This document shows, piece after piece, positions 28,549-37,209 of a stretch of DNA of 64,000 nucleotides. The stretch comes from Gemmatimonadota bacterium. Lineage in GTDB: Bacteria; Gemmatimonadota; Gemmatimonadetes; Gemmatimonadales; GWC2-71-9. The translations under genes and the position numbers were made by a program. Below the pieces are notes generated by a model. That model was not told where the DNA came from. It saw nothing but the letters and a program-made list of their open reading frames with translations, and did not search any database. The stretch lies in NCBI GenBank assembly GCA_022563595.1, contig JADFNB010000001.1, positions 65,416 through 129,415 on the forward strand, read 5' to 3'. Within the stretch, counting starts at the first letter, position 1; each line of letters begins with the position of its first letter.

Positions 28549-29144
28549 GTCGGACTTTCCTCGCTCAGCTTGCGGAGCACCCGCTCGGAGATGGCCTTCA
28601 ACGTCTCGAAGACGCCCCGGCCGGTCACCGCCGCCGCCGGGAAGCTCGGGACGCCGCGGAAGTTGAGCTGCTCGTCCATCTCCTCGTGTGTGAGCACCAG
28701 GTCGCGCGGCAGGTCCTGCTTGTTGTACTGCAGCACCAATGGCACCGTGCGCACATCGATGCCCTGCTCCAACAGGTTGGCTTGGAGGTTCTGCAGGCTC
28801 TCGATGTTCTCATCGAGCTGCCGGGCCTGACTATCGCTCACGAACACCACACCGTCCGCACCCTGCAGCACCAGCTTGCGGGTCGCGTTGTAGTAGACCT
28901 GGCCGGGAACCGTGTAGAGCTGGAACCGCGTCGTGAACCCGGAGATCGTGCCCAGCTCGATCGGAAGAAAATCGAAAAACAGGGTCCGACCCGTATGCGT
29001 CGCGAGCGAAACCATTCGGCCACGACGTTCTTCCGGCACCCGTGTGTAGACGTACTGCAGATTCGTCGTCTTCCCCGACCGTCCGGGGCCGTAGTAGACG
29101 ATCTTGCACGTGATCTCGCGGGTCCTGAAGTTGACGAGCGACAT
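28545..29144 (-). CDS. mglA: Ras-like polarity GTPase MglA
   Basis: [32 protein letters not shown] (intrinsic Arg finger), [12 protein letters not shown] (catalytic Gln) and QYNKQDLP. It is alignable along its whole length to Myxococcus MglA as I remember it. Confidence 0.93.
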   Translation of the reverse strand: MSLVNFRTREITCKIVYYGPGRSGKTTNLQYVYTRVPEERRGRMVSLATHTGRTLFFDFLPIELGTISGFTTRFQLYTVPGQVYYNATRKLVLQGADGVVFVSDSQARQLDENIESLQNLQANLLEQGIDVRTVPLVLQYNKQDLPRDLVLTHEEMDEQLNFRGVPSFPAAAVTGRGVFETLKAISERVLRKLSEESPT

Positions 29145-29151
29145 GTGCCCC

Positions 29152-29619
29152 TTACTGGAAAAGGGTCGCGAGACTCTCGTTCAGATCCCGCTCAAAGTCC
29201 GCCGCCAGGACAGCTCGTTTGGGTGCCAGAGCCGGCGCTGCCGCGGACAGCTCCGCCACCAGCTCTTCGAAGAATAACTGTACCAGCCCGACCGAGGACT
29301 CGGCACCGTAGACCACCAAGACCAGCAGTCTGCCGCGGGGCGAGTCGAAACCCGCGAGGAACACGCCGTGCCGGTCCCCTTGGTGACTCAAGGCCCGGAA
29401 CTCCCGTCCCTGGAGCATGCGCGCGAGTTCACTGGTGGACGCGACGATCCCCGCGCCCAGCACGGCTGCCGACATGACGTCCACCGCTCGCGTGAACCCA
29501 TGCTGCGCCATGACCTGACCCGATGGAGTCATCACTAGGGTCAGCCGCGCACCCGCCTCACTGACGAATCGCTCGAGCGGGCCCAGGATCCAGGGCTCTA
29601 CCGCGCGGGTCGGCTTCAC
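29152..29619 (-). CDS. mglB: Roadblock/LC7 protein, MglB-like (putative MglA GAP)
   Basis: 155 aa immediately upstream of mglA (mglB-mglA order as in Myxococcus). Roadblock-like core ..[16 protein letters not shown]...[35 protein letters not shown]. The acidic C-terminal tail [14 protein letters not shown] resembles the MglB tail. GTG start. Confidence 0.78.
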   Translation of the reverse strand: MKPTRAVEPWILGPLERFVSEAGARLTLVMTPSGQVMAQHGFTRAVDVMSAAVLGAGIVASTSELARMLQGREFRALSHQGDRHGVFLAGFDSPRGRLLVLVVYGAESSVGLVQLFFEELVAELSAAAPALAPKRAVLAADFERDLNESLATLFQ

Positions 29620-29966
29620 GCAATCCCCTCAACGGCCCGCAGCATCTCGAGACGCGCGAGCCCCACGTTGACATCGGCTTCCCCTACCACGACGAGTACC
29701 AAGCCGTCGCCCGCCGGTACAGTGAGCAAGACTCCTTCCTCGGCCTGCAGGTGCACGAAGTAGGGCGTTCCGACACCGCTCGCCTCCGCGGCTCTATGGA
29801 GCCGCTTGACGAGCGATGCCGCCAGCGCCGCAACCGCGTTGCCGCGCACCCCCTCCATCAACGATTCCGCCACCACGATTCCGTCATCCGCCGCGACGAG
29901 CATCGCGCCGTGGACACCGCGCACCCGCGTGATGGTGTCCAGCAGCGCCACGAACCGGAAGTTCAC
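29616..29966 (-). CDS. Roadblock/LC7 domain protein (second paralog)
   Basis: Start chosen at GTG 29964-29966 (GTGA overlap with the upstream stop), giving VNFRFVALLDTITRVRGVHGAMLVAADDGIVVAESL...FVHLQAEEGVLLTVPAGDGLVLVVVGEADVNVGLARLEM, a typical Roadblock/LC7 fold pattern. The longer track ORF (to 30293) overlaps the upstream gene. Confidence 0.75.
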   Translation of the reverse strand: MNFRFVALLDTITRVRGVHGAMLVAADDGIVVAESLMEGVRGNAVAALAASLVKRLHRAAEASGVGTPYFVHLQAEEGVLLTVPAGDGLVLVVVGEADVNVGLARLEMLRAVEGIA

Positions 29967-30754
29967 CGCGGCTCTCCCTCGAGCCAGGCCCGCGCGGCGG
30001 CACCAGCCCGTTCGGCCATCAGCGCCACCCGTCCGGGCGGGATGCTCCGGTCGCATTTGACCAATAACAGTGCTTCTTCGGAAGGCCGCGACACGTACAG
30101 GTGACCCTGCGGCCCTTCCGCCACGATCGCGCGCCAGGCGCCCAGACCGAGCAGGCGTGCCGTGCGCTGGGCCTCCTGCGAGGCACCCGCAAGGTAGGCT
30201 GCGACCTCCTCGGCAGCATCCTCGTTCCGCGCATTGCGCAGCGAGCCACCGAGCACCCGTCCACGATCGTCGACCAGCAGGATGCCTTCCCACGATCCCT
30301 CGAACCCCGCGAACACGTCCGCGGTACGTTCCACGGGTTCGGCGGCCGCGCGCTCGGCCGCCGCCCGCACGCGCCGCAGCGCCTGGATCACCGACCCGTC
30401 GGTCGGGTCAACCGAGAGCGCCGTCTCGAGGTGATCGAGCGCCGCATCCAAGTCACCGTAGCGATAGAACAGAAACCCTATTCCCTTGAGGGCGCCGACG
30501 TGACGCGGCTCGAGCTGCAGGGTGCGCCGCCACGCCTCATGCGCAGCTTCTACATTGCCGGCGTCGATCAGGACCCGCGCGTACACGTCGTGAGCATCCG
30601 CGAGATCGGGATGGCGTTGCAGGCCGGTCAGCGCCACCTTGGCGGCGGCGTCCACCTGTCCGCGCACGCGCAGCGCCTCACCCAACTGGAGGAAGACCAG
30701 GCTGGCCGGATCTCGGGCAAGCTCCGCCGTCAGCCCCTTGATATCATCCGCCAT
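29963..30754 (-). CDS. TPR - Roadblock/LC7-like fusion protein
   Basis: Start chosen at ATG 30752-30754 (MADDIKGL..). The N-terminal half has TPR units (AHDVYARVLIDAGNVEAAHEAWRRTLQLEP, GDLDAALDHLETALSVDP). The C-terminal half, WEGILLVDDRGRVLGG...WRAIVAEGPQGHLYVSRPSEEALLLVKCD, has a Roadblock-like pattern. Confidence 0.7.
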   Translation of the reverse strand: MADDIKGLTAELARDPASLVFLQLGEALRVRGQVDAAAKVALTGLQRHPDLADAHDVYARVLIDAGNVEAAHEAWRRTLQLEPRHVGALKGIGFLFYRYGDLDAALDHLETALSVDPTDGSVIQALRRVRAAAERAAAEPVERTADVFAGFEGSWEGILLVDDRGRVLGGSLRNARNEDAAEEVAAYLAGASQEAQRTARLLGLGAWRAIVAEGPQGHLYVSRPSEEALLLVKCDRSIPPGRVALMAERAGAAARAWLEGEPR

Positions 30755-31925
30755 ATCGCGCCCGCAGGATCGCGTCGAGGGCCTGCGCCGCATCGGCGGC
30801 AGCCGTCACCCGGTTGCGCTCTTCCGGGTCGTCATCTTCCCCTCCCACGGTCAACGACCGCCGCCACCAATCCGCGGCCTCCGCCAGCTTCCCCTGCATC
30901 ACGAGCGCGTCGCCGAGGACACGGTGCCCCGGCGCCAGGAGCGGATCGAGACCGAGTACGCGGCGGCATTCCGCCTCACCTTCTCCTGGGCGTCCCGCAG
31001 CCAACTCAACGGTAGCGGCGGCCAAGTGCACCAGTGGAGATCCGGACTGGGTGGCAAGGAGCTTCTCGACCTCCTGGCGGGCCTGGGCAACCGAACGCTG
31101 CTCGAGCAGCAAGTCGATGCGCGCCAATGCGCTCTGCAGGTCACGCTCGTCACCCCCACCACCACCGCCACCTTTTTCCTCCTCACCGCCGCCTCCCGCG
31201 GCGCCCGAATCCCGTAGCGAGAGGATGCCCGCGCTCTGCAGTCCGAACACCATCTTCGCCACATCGAACTCGGCGCGACCCAGGATCTGGGCGATCCCGC
31301 GCAGATCGCGGGTGCCGTCGACCATCGCCAACACTTCCCACTCGAGGGGCAGCAGATCGAGTTGGCCGCCTTCACCCTCAGCCACGGGCTCCAGGACGGG
31401 GACGACGCCCAGATGGGGAACCTGTCGCTGGATCCGGGACCACTCGTCAGTGCGCCGGGCCGCCTCCATGAGAAGCACTTCGGTCGGGATGCGGACCGGC
31501 GCACCGGTCGCGAGATCCGTGGGCGGGCCTTCGGTGAAAGAAAAGTGCCCTTCCTGCCACCCCATCACCTCGAAGACCACCTCCTCGACCTGGAGTCGTA
31601 TCTGGCGCTCCAGATCACGCGGCGAAAGCGCACCGATCTCGACGAGGATCTCACCAAGGCGTCTGGTGTCTCCGCGCCGCTGCATGTCGTCGGCAATCTC
31701 CAGCTCACCCTCGGTGATCTTCCCGGCCCGAAGCAGGAGCGCACCCAACTGGTGCGGGTTGCTGCGGATCTGAGCGGCGACGACAGCGCCGCTCTCAAAC
31801 TGGATGGCACCGTCGTTCCGCCGCAATTGCGACGTGACGCGCAGCGTCCCGGTCTTCCTGCTCAGGTCGAGCAGTTGGAAGACATCGTGGATGCTCAGCT
31901 CCTTGAGCGGTCCTTCGATCGCCAC
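30744..31925 (-). CDS. PATAN (DUF4388) domain protein with a tandem MshEN/T2SSE_N-like motif, Gly/Glu-rich linker and C-terminal TPR
   Basis: MAIEGPLKELSIHDVFQLLDLSRKTGTLRV..GAIQFESGAVVAA (DUF4388), then QLGALLLRAGKITEGELEIADDMQ and RLGEILVEIGALSPRDLERQIRLQ. A low-complexity stretch GAAGGGGEEEKGGGGGGGDERD follows, then TPR-like helices at the C-terminus. Confidence 0.85.
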   Translation of the reverse strand: MAIEGPLKELSIHDVFQLLDLSRKTGTLRVTSQLRRNDGAIQFESGAVVAAQIRSNPHQLGALLLRAGKITEGELEIADDMQRRGDTRRLGEILVEIGALSPRDLERQIRLQVEEVVFEVMGWQEGHFSFTEGPPTDLATGAPVRIPTEVLLMEAARRTDEWSRIQRQVPHLGVVPVLEPVAEGEGGQLDLLPLEWEVLAMVDGTRDLRGIAQILGRAEFDVAKMVFGLQSAGILSLRDSGAAGGGGEEEKGGGGGGGDERDLQSALARIDLLLEQRSVAQARQEVEKLLATQSGSPLVHLAAATVELAAGRPGEGEAECRRVLGLDPLLAPGHRVLGDALVMQGKLAEAADWWRRSLTVGGEDDDPEERNRVTAAADAAQALDAILRARYGG

Positions 31926-31926
31926 G

Positions 31927-34605
31927 CTATGGGGCCTCTATTTGGAAGATATGCTTGAGATCGAGCGCCGTACGCGCGTGTCGGCGTGCTTTCTGCGCAT
32001 ACGATCCAGCCGGATCCAGCTGGACGACCCGTTCCCAGGCACGGACGGCGTCGCCGTAGCGGCGCAGGCGGGCCAACGCCACACCCATATAGAAGTGCGC
32101 GGCGATGTGGTCCGGATCATGTGCGCTGATGCGTCGGAACGCCTGGAGCGCCTGCTCGATCCGGCCGTCGTCTACCAGAACCTGCGCGAGCGCGAGCAGG
32201 GCATCGAGGTCGGACGGATCGGCATCCAAGATATCCACCAGGAGGTTAGCCGCCTCGCGAAACCGGGCCTTCCTGCGGTAGACCCGCGCGAGGGGGATCG
32301 CCGCCTCTGCGTAGGTGGGCAGCGCTTCCAGCGCCGCTCTGTATGCCGTCTCGGCCATCACCCAGTCCTCACGCTGCTCGTACACCGTCCCCAGCGCTAC
32401 GCGCGCCTGGACCAATCGCGGATCGAGCTCCAACGCAGCCTCGTACGCTTCCCGGGCCGTGTCGAGATCGCCAGTACCCAGCGCGATGTCGCCTTCGAGT
32501 TTCGGGATGTCGGCCCGTTGCGGTGCGCGCCGCCGTGCGGCGCGCACCGCTTCCACGGCGCCGGCCGGGTCACCATTCAGGCGACGCACCTCGGCGGCGG
32601 CGAGCAGCACCTCAAGATCGTCCCGGCATTCCGAGACGAGTCGTTCCGCATCCTCGCGCGCGTCCGAGCCGCGCCCCAACGCAATCAAGGCGCGTACCTC
32701 GCCCAGCCTGGCGTCCACGCGCTCGGGCGCGCGCAGGCGTGCCTGAGCATAGCGCTCGCGCGCCTCACCGTGGAGTCCGCGCCGCGCGAAGATCTCGGCT
32801 GCCAGCACCAGCACCTCCAGTTCGTCCACACCCCGCGCCTCTGCCCGGTTGACCTCGGCCGCGGCCAGCTCCAGCAGCCCCTTGGAGAGATAGTCGCGCG
32901 CCAGCCCCAGTGGGTCTCCTCCCACCCGGGACGGACGGGGAATCGGGCGCTCGAGTTCGCGGACGATCTGGTCCAGCACCGCGGGATCGAATCGCAGGGC
33001 CTGCGACGTCAACTCCGCGGCAACGTCAGCGGAGATCTCCGGTATGACCGAGATCGTGGAGTCCTCGTACTGGAGATCGATGGCGAGCCGAAACTTCTGC
33101 GGCACGTAGTAGGGATCGAGCGTCTGGGCGCGGGTCACCGCGCGGAGCCCGCCGTCGTAGTCGCCCAAGGCCGACAGTGTGAAGCTCAGGTTGTAGTGCG
33201 CCTCCGCCGATCCCGGGTCGCTCTCCACTGCGCGGGCGAAGGCGTTGCGGGCGTCGCTGATGCGCCCCAGCTCATTGAGCACCAGGCCAATCCCGTTCCA
33301 CGCCGGGGCCGACAGCGGGTCGACATCGAGGACCCCTTGATACGCCTGTAGCGCGAGCTGCAGCCTGCCGAGCTGCGCCAACAGCAGCCCCAAGTTCAAG
33401 CGCGCAACGAGCAACGACGCATCCGCGCGCATCGTGTCGTGGAATGCCTCGATCGCGTCATCGTGTTTGCCCTGATGCGCCAACGTCACCGCGAGGTTGT
33501 TGCGCGCCAGCGCATATTCGGGCGTGATCTCGATCGCCTGTCCGTAGGAGGCGATCGCGTCGGCGGGATGCCCCAGCTGGTGGTACACGACACCTCGCTC
33601 GTTCCACAGCTTGGGTGAGCCCGGCGCCTCCCGCACGAGCGTCTCGTACAGTTCGAGCGCCGAGCTGTAGCTCCGCTTCAGCAGATGCACCTCCGCCATC
33701 GCCTGGAGCACGAGATGCCGGTCTTCCCCGCGCTCCAGGGCGAGGCGGTACTCGCGCAGCGCCTCGTTGTAGTATCCCTTCTGCCGGAACGCGAGCCCGA
33801 GGTTGTAGTTGGCCAGCACCTGCCCTGCGATTACCTCGGGTTCGTCGGGGATGCGCATCGGCTGGCTCTTGCGGTCACCCACGTATCGCTCGAGCGACAG
33901 GTTCGTCTGAGCCCGCGCGAACGTGGGATTCAGCCGGATCGCCCGCTTGCTGGCCTCGCGTGCCGCCTCGTGCCGTCGCAGATCGCCGTACACGAATGCC
34001 GCTAGGTAGTGGGCATCGGCGTTCTCGGGGCTCAGCTCGATCGCCCGCTCGAGCTCCCCGATGGCATCCGTATCGAGACCCCGATTGTAGAGTGTTTCGC
34101 CCAGGTAGAAATGCACGACGCTGCTCTCGGCATCCAGATCCCGCGCGCGCTCGAACCATGCCGTTGCCGCCTCGAGTCTGCCCCGTAGCTTTTCAGCCAA
34201 ACCCAGCTGGATGAGAGCCGCGAGATCGTTCGGCAGCCGCGCCACGATGACCTCGAACTCCTGTATGGCGTCGTCGTACTGCCCGACGGAGGCGTAAGCC
34301 CGTCCCAGCTCCCAGCGAGCTTCCCGGTCGTCGGGCGTGGCACGCAACCGCTCGGTGAGCTGGGTGACACGACGGTCGTAATAACCGGTTTCTTTGTAGG
34401 CGATTTCCAGGTTGCGCTGCGCGACCGACATCCTGGTATCGAGTTCGAGCGCTCGGGTGAACGAGGCGATCGCCTCGTCGATCATCCCTTTCTGGTAGTA
34501 GAGAACGCCGAGATTGTTGTGCGCTCCCGGATCCGACGGGTCGATCCGTCGAGCGAACGAGCGCAGGGCCGCGAGGTCTCGTTCCGACACCACCTCGATC
34601 GACAT
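31927..34605 (-). CDS. Large TPR-repeat protein (892 aa)
   Basis: TPR units run almost end to end (e.g. GMIDEAIASFTRALELD, GQYDDAIQEFEVIVARLPND, GYYNEALREYRLALERG, GKHDDAIEAFHDTMRAD). Only 1 nt separates it from the downstream gene. Confidence 0.85.
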   Translation of the reverse strand: MSIEVVSERDLAALRSFARRIDPSDPGAHNNLGVLYYQKGMIDEAIASFTRALELDTRMSVAQRNLEIAYKETGYYDRRVTQLTERLRATPDDREARWELGRAYASVGQYDDAIQEFEVIVARLPNDLAALIQLGLAEKLRGRLEAATAWFERARDLDAESSVVHFYLGETLYNRGLDTDAIGELERAIELSPENADAHYLAAFVYGDLRRHEAAREASKRAIRLNPTFARAQTNLSLERYVGDRKSQPMRIPDEPEVIAGQVLANYNLGLAFRQKGYYNEALREYRLALERGEDRHLVLQAMAEVHLLKRSYSSALELYETLVREAPGSPKLWNERGVVYHQLGHPADAIASYGQAIEITPEYALARNNLAVTLAHQGKHDDAIEAFHDTMRADASLLVARLNLGLLLAQLGRLQLALQAYQGVLDVDPLSAPAWNGIGLVLNELGRISDARNAFARAVESDPGSAEAHYNLSFTLSALGDYDGGLRAVTRAQTLDPYYVPQKFRLAIDLQYEDSTISVIPEISADVAAELTSQALRFDPAVLDQIVRELERPIPRPSRVGGDPLGLARDYLSKGLLELAAAEVNRAEARGVDELEVLVLAAEIFARRGLHGEARERYAQARLRAPERVDARLGEVRALIALGRGSDAREDAERLVSECRDDLEVLLAAAEVRRLNGDPAGAVEAVRAARRRAPQRADIPKLEGDIALGTGDLDTAREAYEAALELDPRLVQARVALGTVYEQREDWVMAETAYRAALEALPTYAEAAIPLARVYRRKARFREAANLLVDILDADPSDLDALLALAQVLVDDGRIEQALQAFRRISAHDPDHIAAHFYMGVALARLRRYGDAVRAWERVVQLDPAGSYAQKARRHARTALDLKHIFQIEAP

Positions 34606-34609
34606 AGCG

Positions 34610-34864
34610 TCAGGTCAGGCGTATCGCGTCGAAGATGGCGTTCCGCGAGGCGATATCGGGAAGGAGGAGGAAATGTCCCGCCAGCCGCTGGCCCGCTTCC
34701 TGAAAATCGAAGTTCGTGCCGACGCAGAAGACGAAGTCCCGTTCCTGCCCGAAATTCAGATCCGTCGTCGTACGCACGGCAGCCGACAGATCGATGACGA
34801 GATTGGGCACCGATGGCAGGAGCATCATACCCATGAAATCGGAGCGCGCGTGGGAAAGATCCAT
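34610..34864 (-). CDS. CheC/CheX-family half-domain protein (possible remnant)
   Basis: Internal ATG at 34862-34864, 2 nt after the cheY stop, gives an 84-aa product. MMLLPSVPNLVIDLSAAV... and ...AGHFLLLPDIASRNAIFDAI resemble the C-terminal half of Bacillus CheC as I recall it (..YPSVPEVSLDMFGAV.. and ..AHMFMLPDYDSFEKLFVAL). The E-x2-N phosphatase helix that should precede PSVP is absent. Confidence 0.45.
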   Translation of the reverse strand: MDLSHARSDFMGMMLLPSVPNLVIDLSAAVRTTTDLNFGQERDFVFCVGTNFDFQEAGQRLAGHFLLLPDIASRNAIFDAIRLT

Positions 34865-34866
34865 GC

Positions 34867-35229
34867 CTACCCGAGGACCCTCTGGACGGCCTCTAGCACG
34901 CGAGAGGGCTGAAACGGCTTGACTAGGAAATCCTTGGCACCGGCCTGGATCGCCTCTGCCACGAGGGCTTGCTGCCCCATGGCGCTGCACATCAAGACCC
35001 GGGCGTTGGGGTCGTCCTTGATGATCTCACGTACCGCGTCGATGCCGCTCATGTCGGGCATCACGATGTCCATCGTGACCAGGTCGGGCTTGAGCTGTCT
35101 GTACTTCTCGACTGCCTGCAGACCGGTTGCGGCTTCGCCCACGATATCGAACCCAGCCTGCGACAGAATATCGCTGATCATGGTACGCATGAACATGGCG
35201 TCGTCGCAGACAAGTATCGTGTGGTTCAC
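34867..35229 (-). CDS. cheY: Single-domain response regulator CheY
   Basis: 120 aa: ILVCDDAMFMR (DD), LVTMDIVMPDMSG (phospho-acceptor Asp), LMCSAMG (Ser/Thr) and KDFLVKPF (Lys). All receiver residues are intact. Confidence 0.93.
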   Translation of the reverse strand: MNHTILVCDDAMFMRTMISDILSQAGFDIVGEAATGLQAVEKYRQLKPDLVTMDIVMPDMSGIDAVREIIKDDPNARVLMCSAMGQQALVAEAIQAGAKDFLVKPFQPSRVLEAVQRVLG

Positions 35230-35238
35230 GCATCCTCC

Positions 35239-35661
35239 CTAATGAGTGAGAAGCGGTCCCAGCAACGCGTCGAGGTCGAGCACGATGAACGCGCCGCCCG
35301 CGCGCTGACCTACTGCCCGAACCAGTCGCGGATCGATGCCCGGCAACTCACGACGGTGCGCGAGGTCACCGTCGGCGAGTGCTAAGAGGTCCAGCACCTC
35401 ATCGACGGTCACCGCGACGCTGCGGGACCCAACGGTGAGCAAGATGGTCGGACCGCCGTTCGCACTCTACTCCCGGCCGAGTAAGCGCGCGCCGTGGACA
35501 AGTGGAACGAGTTCGCCCCGCAGGTTGATCAGTCCCGCGATCACGGGTGGCGCGCCGGGAAGCCTGGTCGCCCGGCGCGGGGGTAGGATCTCGCGGACCG
35601 CCCGCACATCGGCGGCGCAGACCAGAACCGAAACCCGGAACACGACGAGGCGCAACCGCAT
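35239..35661 (-). pseudogene. cheW: CheW coupling protein interrupted by one in-frame amber codon (TAG at 35467-35469)
   Basis: Track ORFs 35467..35661 and 35239..35442 are in the same frame. Continuous read: MRLRLVVFRV..VREILPPRRATRLPGAPPVIAGLINLRGELVPLVHGARLLGRE-TAG-SANGGPTILLTVGSRSVAVTVDEVLDLL...FIVLDLDALLG. This is a full-length CheW of about 140 aa with conserved blocks on both sides of the stop. Confidence 0.8.
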
Positions 35662-35675
35662 CGAGGTCGGCCATC

Positions 35676-36647
35676 TTATTTAAACACACCAAGATAGTCC
35701 AGCACCCTAGGCCGAGCAAGCAACTCCGGGTCGGCGCTCGCCGCCTCCAGCCCGGGACGGAGGTCGCTCGGCCAATCCGCCTTGAAGACCAGCCATTCCC
35801 GACTCACGGGATGGGCGAATGCGAGGGACGCCGCATGGAGCGCCTGGCGTGGTGTTGCCCGCTCCACCGCGCCGGCGCGGGCCCGTTGCTGGCCGGTCAT
35901 CCGCCGGCTTCCGCCTCCGCCATAGACCTGGTCGCCGACGACCGGGTGCCCGATGTGGGCCAGGTGCACGCGGATCTGGTGGGTGCGGCCGGTCGTGAGT
36001 TGTACGCGAACCAAGTCGCACACATCGAACCGGGCGACCGGCTCGGCAATGCTGCACGCCGGCCGGCCCGTGGCCAGCACCGTCATGCGCTTGCGCTCCC
36101 GCGGATGTCGCGCGATCGGGGCATCGATCTCCACACGTCCTTTCAGATGTCCCCAAACCAGCGCCACGTAGCGGCGCTCGACTCGGCGGGCCGCCAGCGC
36201 CCTGCCGAGCCGCCGGTGCGCGTCATCGGTCTTGGCAATGATCAACAGCCCCGAAGTATCACGGTCGAGCCGATGCACCACTCCCGGGCGCCCGCCGGCG
36301 CCCGAGGAGAGGGGCGCGCCTCGCGCGATCAGCGCGTTCACCAGCGTGTCATCCCAGTGACCGGGCGCAGGGTGCACGACCAGTCCGGCAGGTTTGTTGA
36401 GGACCAGCAGGTACTCGTCCTCGTAGACAACGTCGAGATCCCGCGGGTGTGGTCGGAGCGGGCGCCGCCGCTCCGGCGCTGCGAACCGGACCTCGACCAG
36501 GTCCCCCCGCACCAGTGGCCGGCCGGCACGGCCCGCGACACCGTTGACCGACACGGCACCGCCCCCGATCAGACGACTCGCCTGGGTCCGTGACAGCGCG
36601 AGTTGATCAGCGAGAAAGCGGTCCAGCCGTTCGGTGACGTCCGCCAT
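35676..36647 (-). CDS. rluD: 23S rRNA pseudouridine synthase RluD (RluA family, S4 domain)
   Basis: Start chosen at the internal ATG (MADVTERLDRFLADQLALSRTQASRLI, S4 domain). Catalytic motif HRLDRDTSGLLIIAK and GRTHQIRVH. Confidence 0.9.
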   Translation of the reverse strand: MADVTERLDRFLADQLALSRTQASRLIGGGAVSVNGVAGRAGRPLVRGDLVEVRFAAPERRRPLRPHPRDLDVVYEDEYLLVLNKPAGLVVHPAPGHWDDTLVNALIARGAPLSSGAGGRPGVVHRLDRDTSGLLIIAKTDDAHRRLGRALAARRVERRYVALVWGHLKGRVEIDAPIARHPRERKRMTVLATGRPACSIAEPVARFDVCDLVRVQLTTGRTHQIRVHLAHIGHPVVGDQVYGGGGSRRMTGQQRARAGAVERATPRQALHAASLAFAHPVSREWLVFKADWPSDLRPGLEAASADPELLARPRVLDYLGVFK

Positions 36648-36687
36648 CACCTGGAACGCAATGCGCGTTCCGCCGGCCCCGGCGCCG

Positions 36688-37209
36688 TCAGGGGGAATAC
36701 TCGGCGGCGTCGGGCCGTTCGGCGCCCCGTTCACTGCCCCTCCCCTCCCTCCAGAGCACGACCGCGAGCGCAATCGCGCCGCAACTCACGGCCATGTCGG
36801 CAACGTTGAATGTCGGCCAATGGAAGGATCCGATGTAGACGTCGATGAAATCGACCACCCCGCGGGACGAACGAAATCGATCGATCAGATTCCCGGTGGC
36901 TCCGCCGCATACGAGTGCCAACGCCACCAGGCGGAAGGGTTCGCCCGGCTTGGTGTGACGAACCATCGTGCCGAGGACGGTCAACGCCACGACGGCCAAC
37001 AGCGTGAACACCCAGCGCGAGTGCTCCCCGACATGAATGCCGAAAGCGGCGCCCGGGTTGTAGACCAACCGGAGCAACAACCAGTCTCCCGCGATCCGCA
37101 CCGGGACGCGCGACAAGGTCGTTACCGCGACCATCTTGGTGAGGAAGTCGATGATGACGACTGCCACCAACACCCACCAGAACAACGGTCGTCTAGCGCC
37201 GCTTGTCAA
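36688..37209 (-). CDS. lspA: Lipoprotein signal peptidase II
   Basis: NPGAAFG, GGATGNLIDR and FHWPTFNVADMAVSCG, the LspA catalytic Asp regions. Four TM helices. Confidence 0.92.
   Translation of the reverse strand: MTSGARRPLFWWVLVAVVIIDFLTKMVAVTTLSRVPVRIAGDWLLLRLVYNPGAAFGIHVGEHSRWVFTLLAVVALTVLGTMVRHTKPGEPFRLVALALVCGGATGNLIDRFRSSRGVVDFIDVYIGSFHWPTFNVADMAVSCGAIALAVVLWREGRGSERGAERPDAAEYSP

Noticed and set aside
31804-33351. 515-aa plus-strand ORF.
   Set aside because: It lies antisense to the 892-aa TPR gene. Its composition is low-complexity and Arg-rich, typical of a GC-driven shadow ORF.
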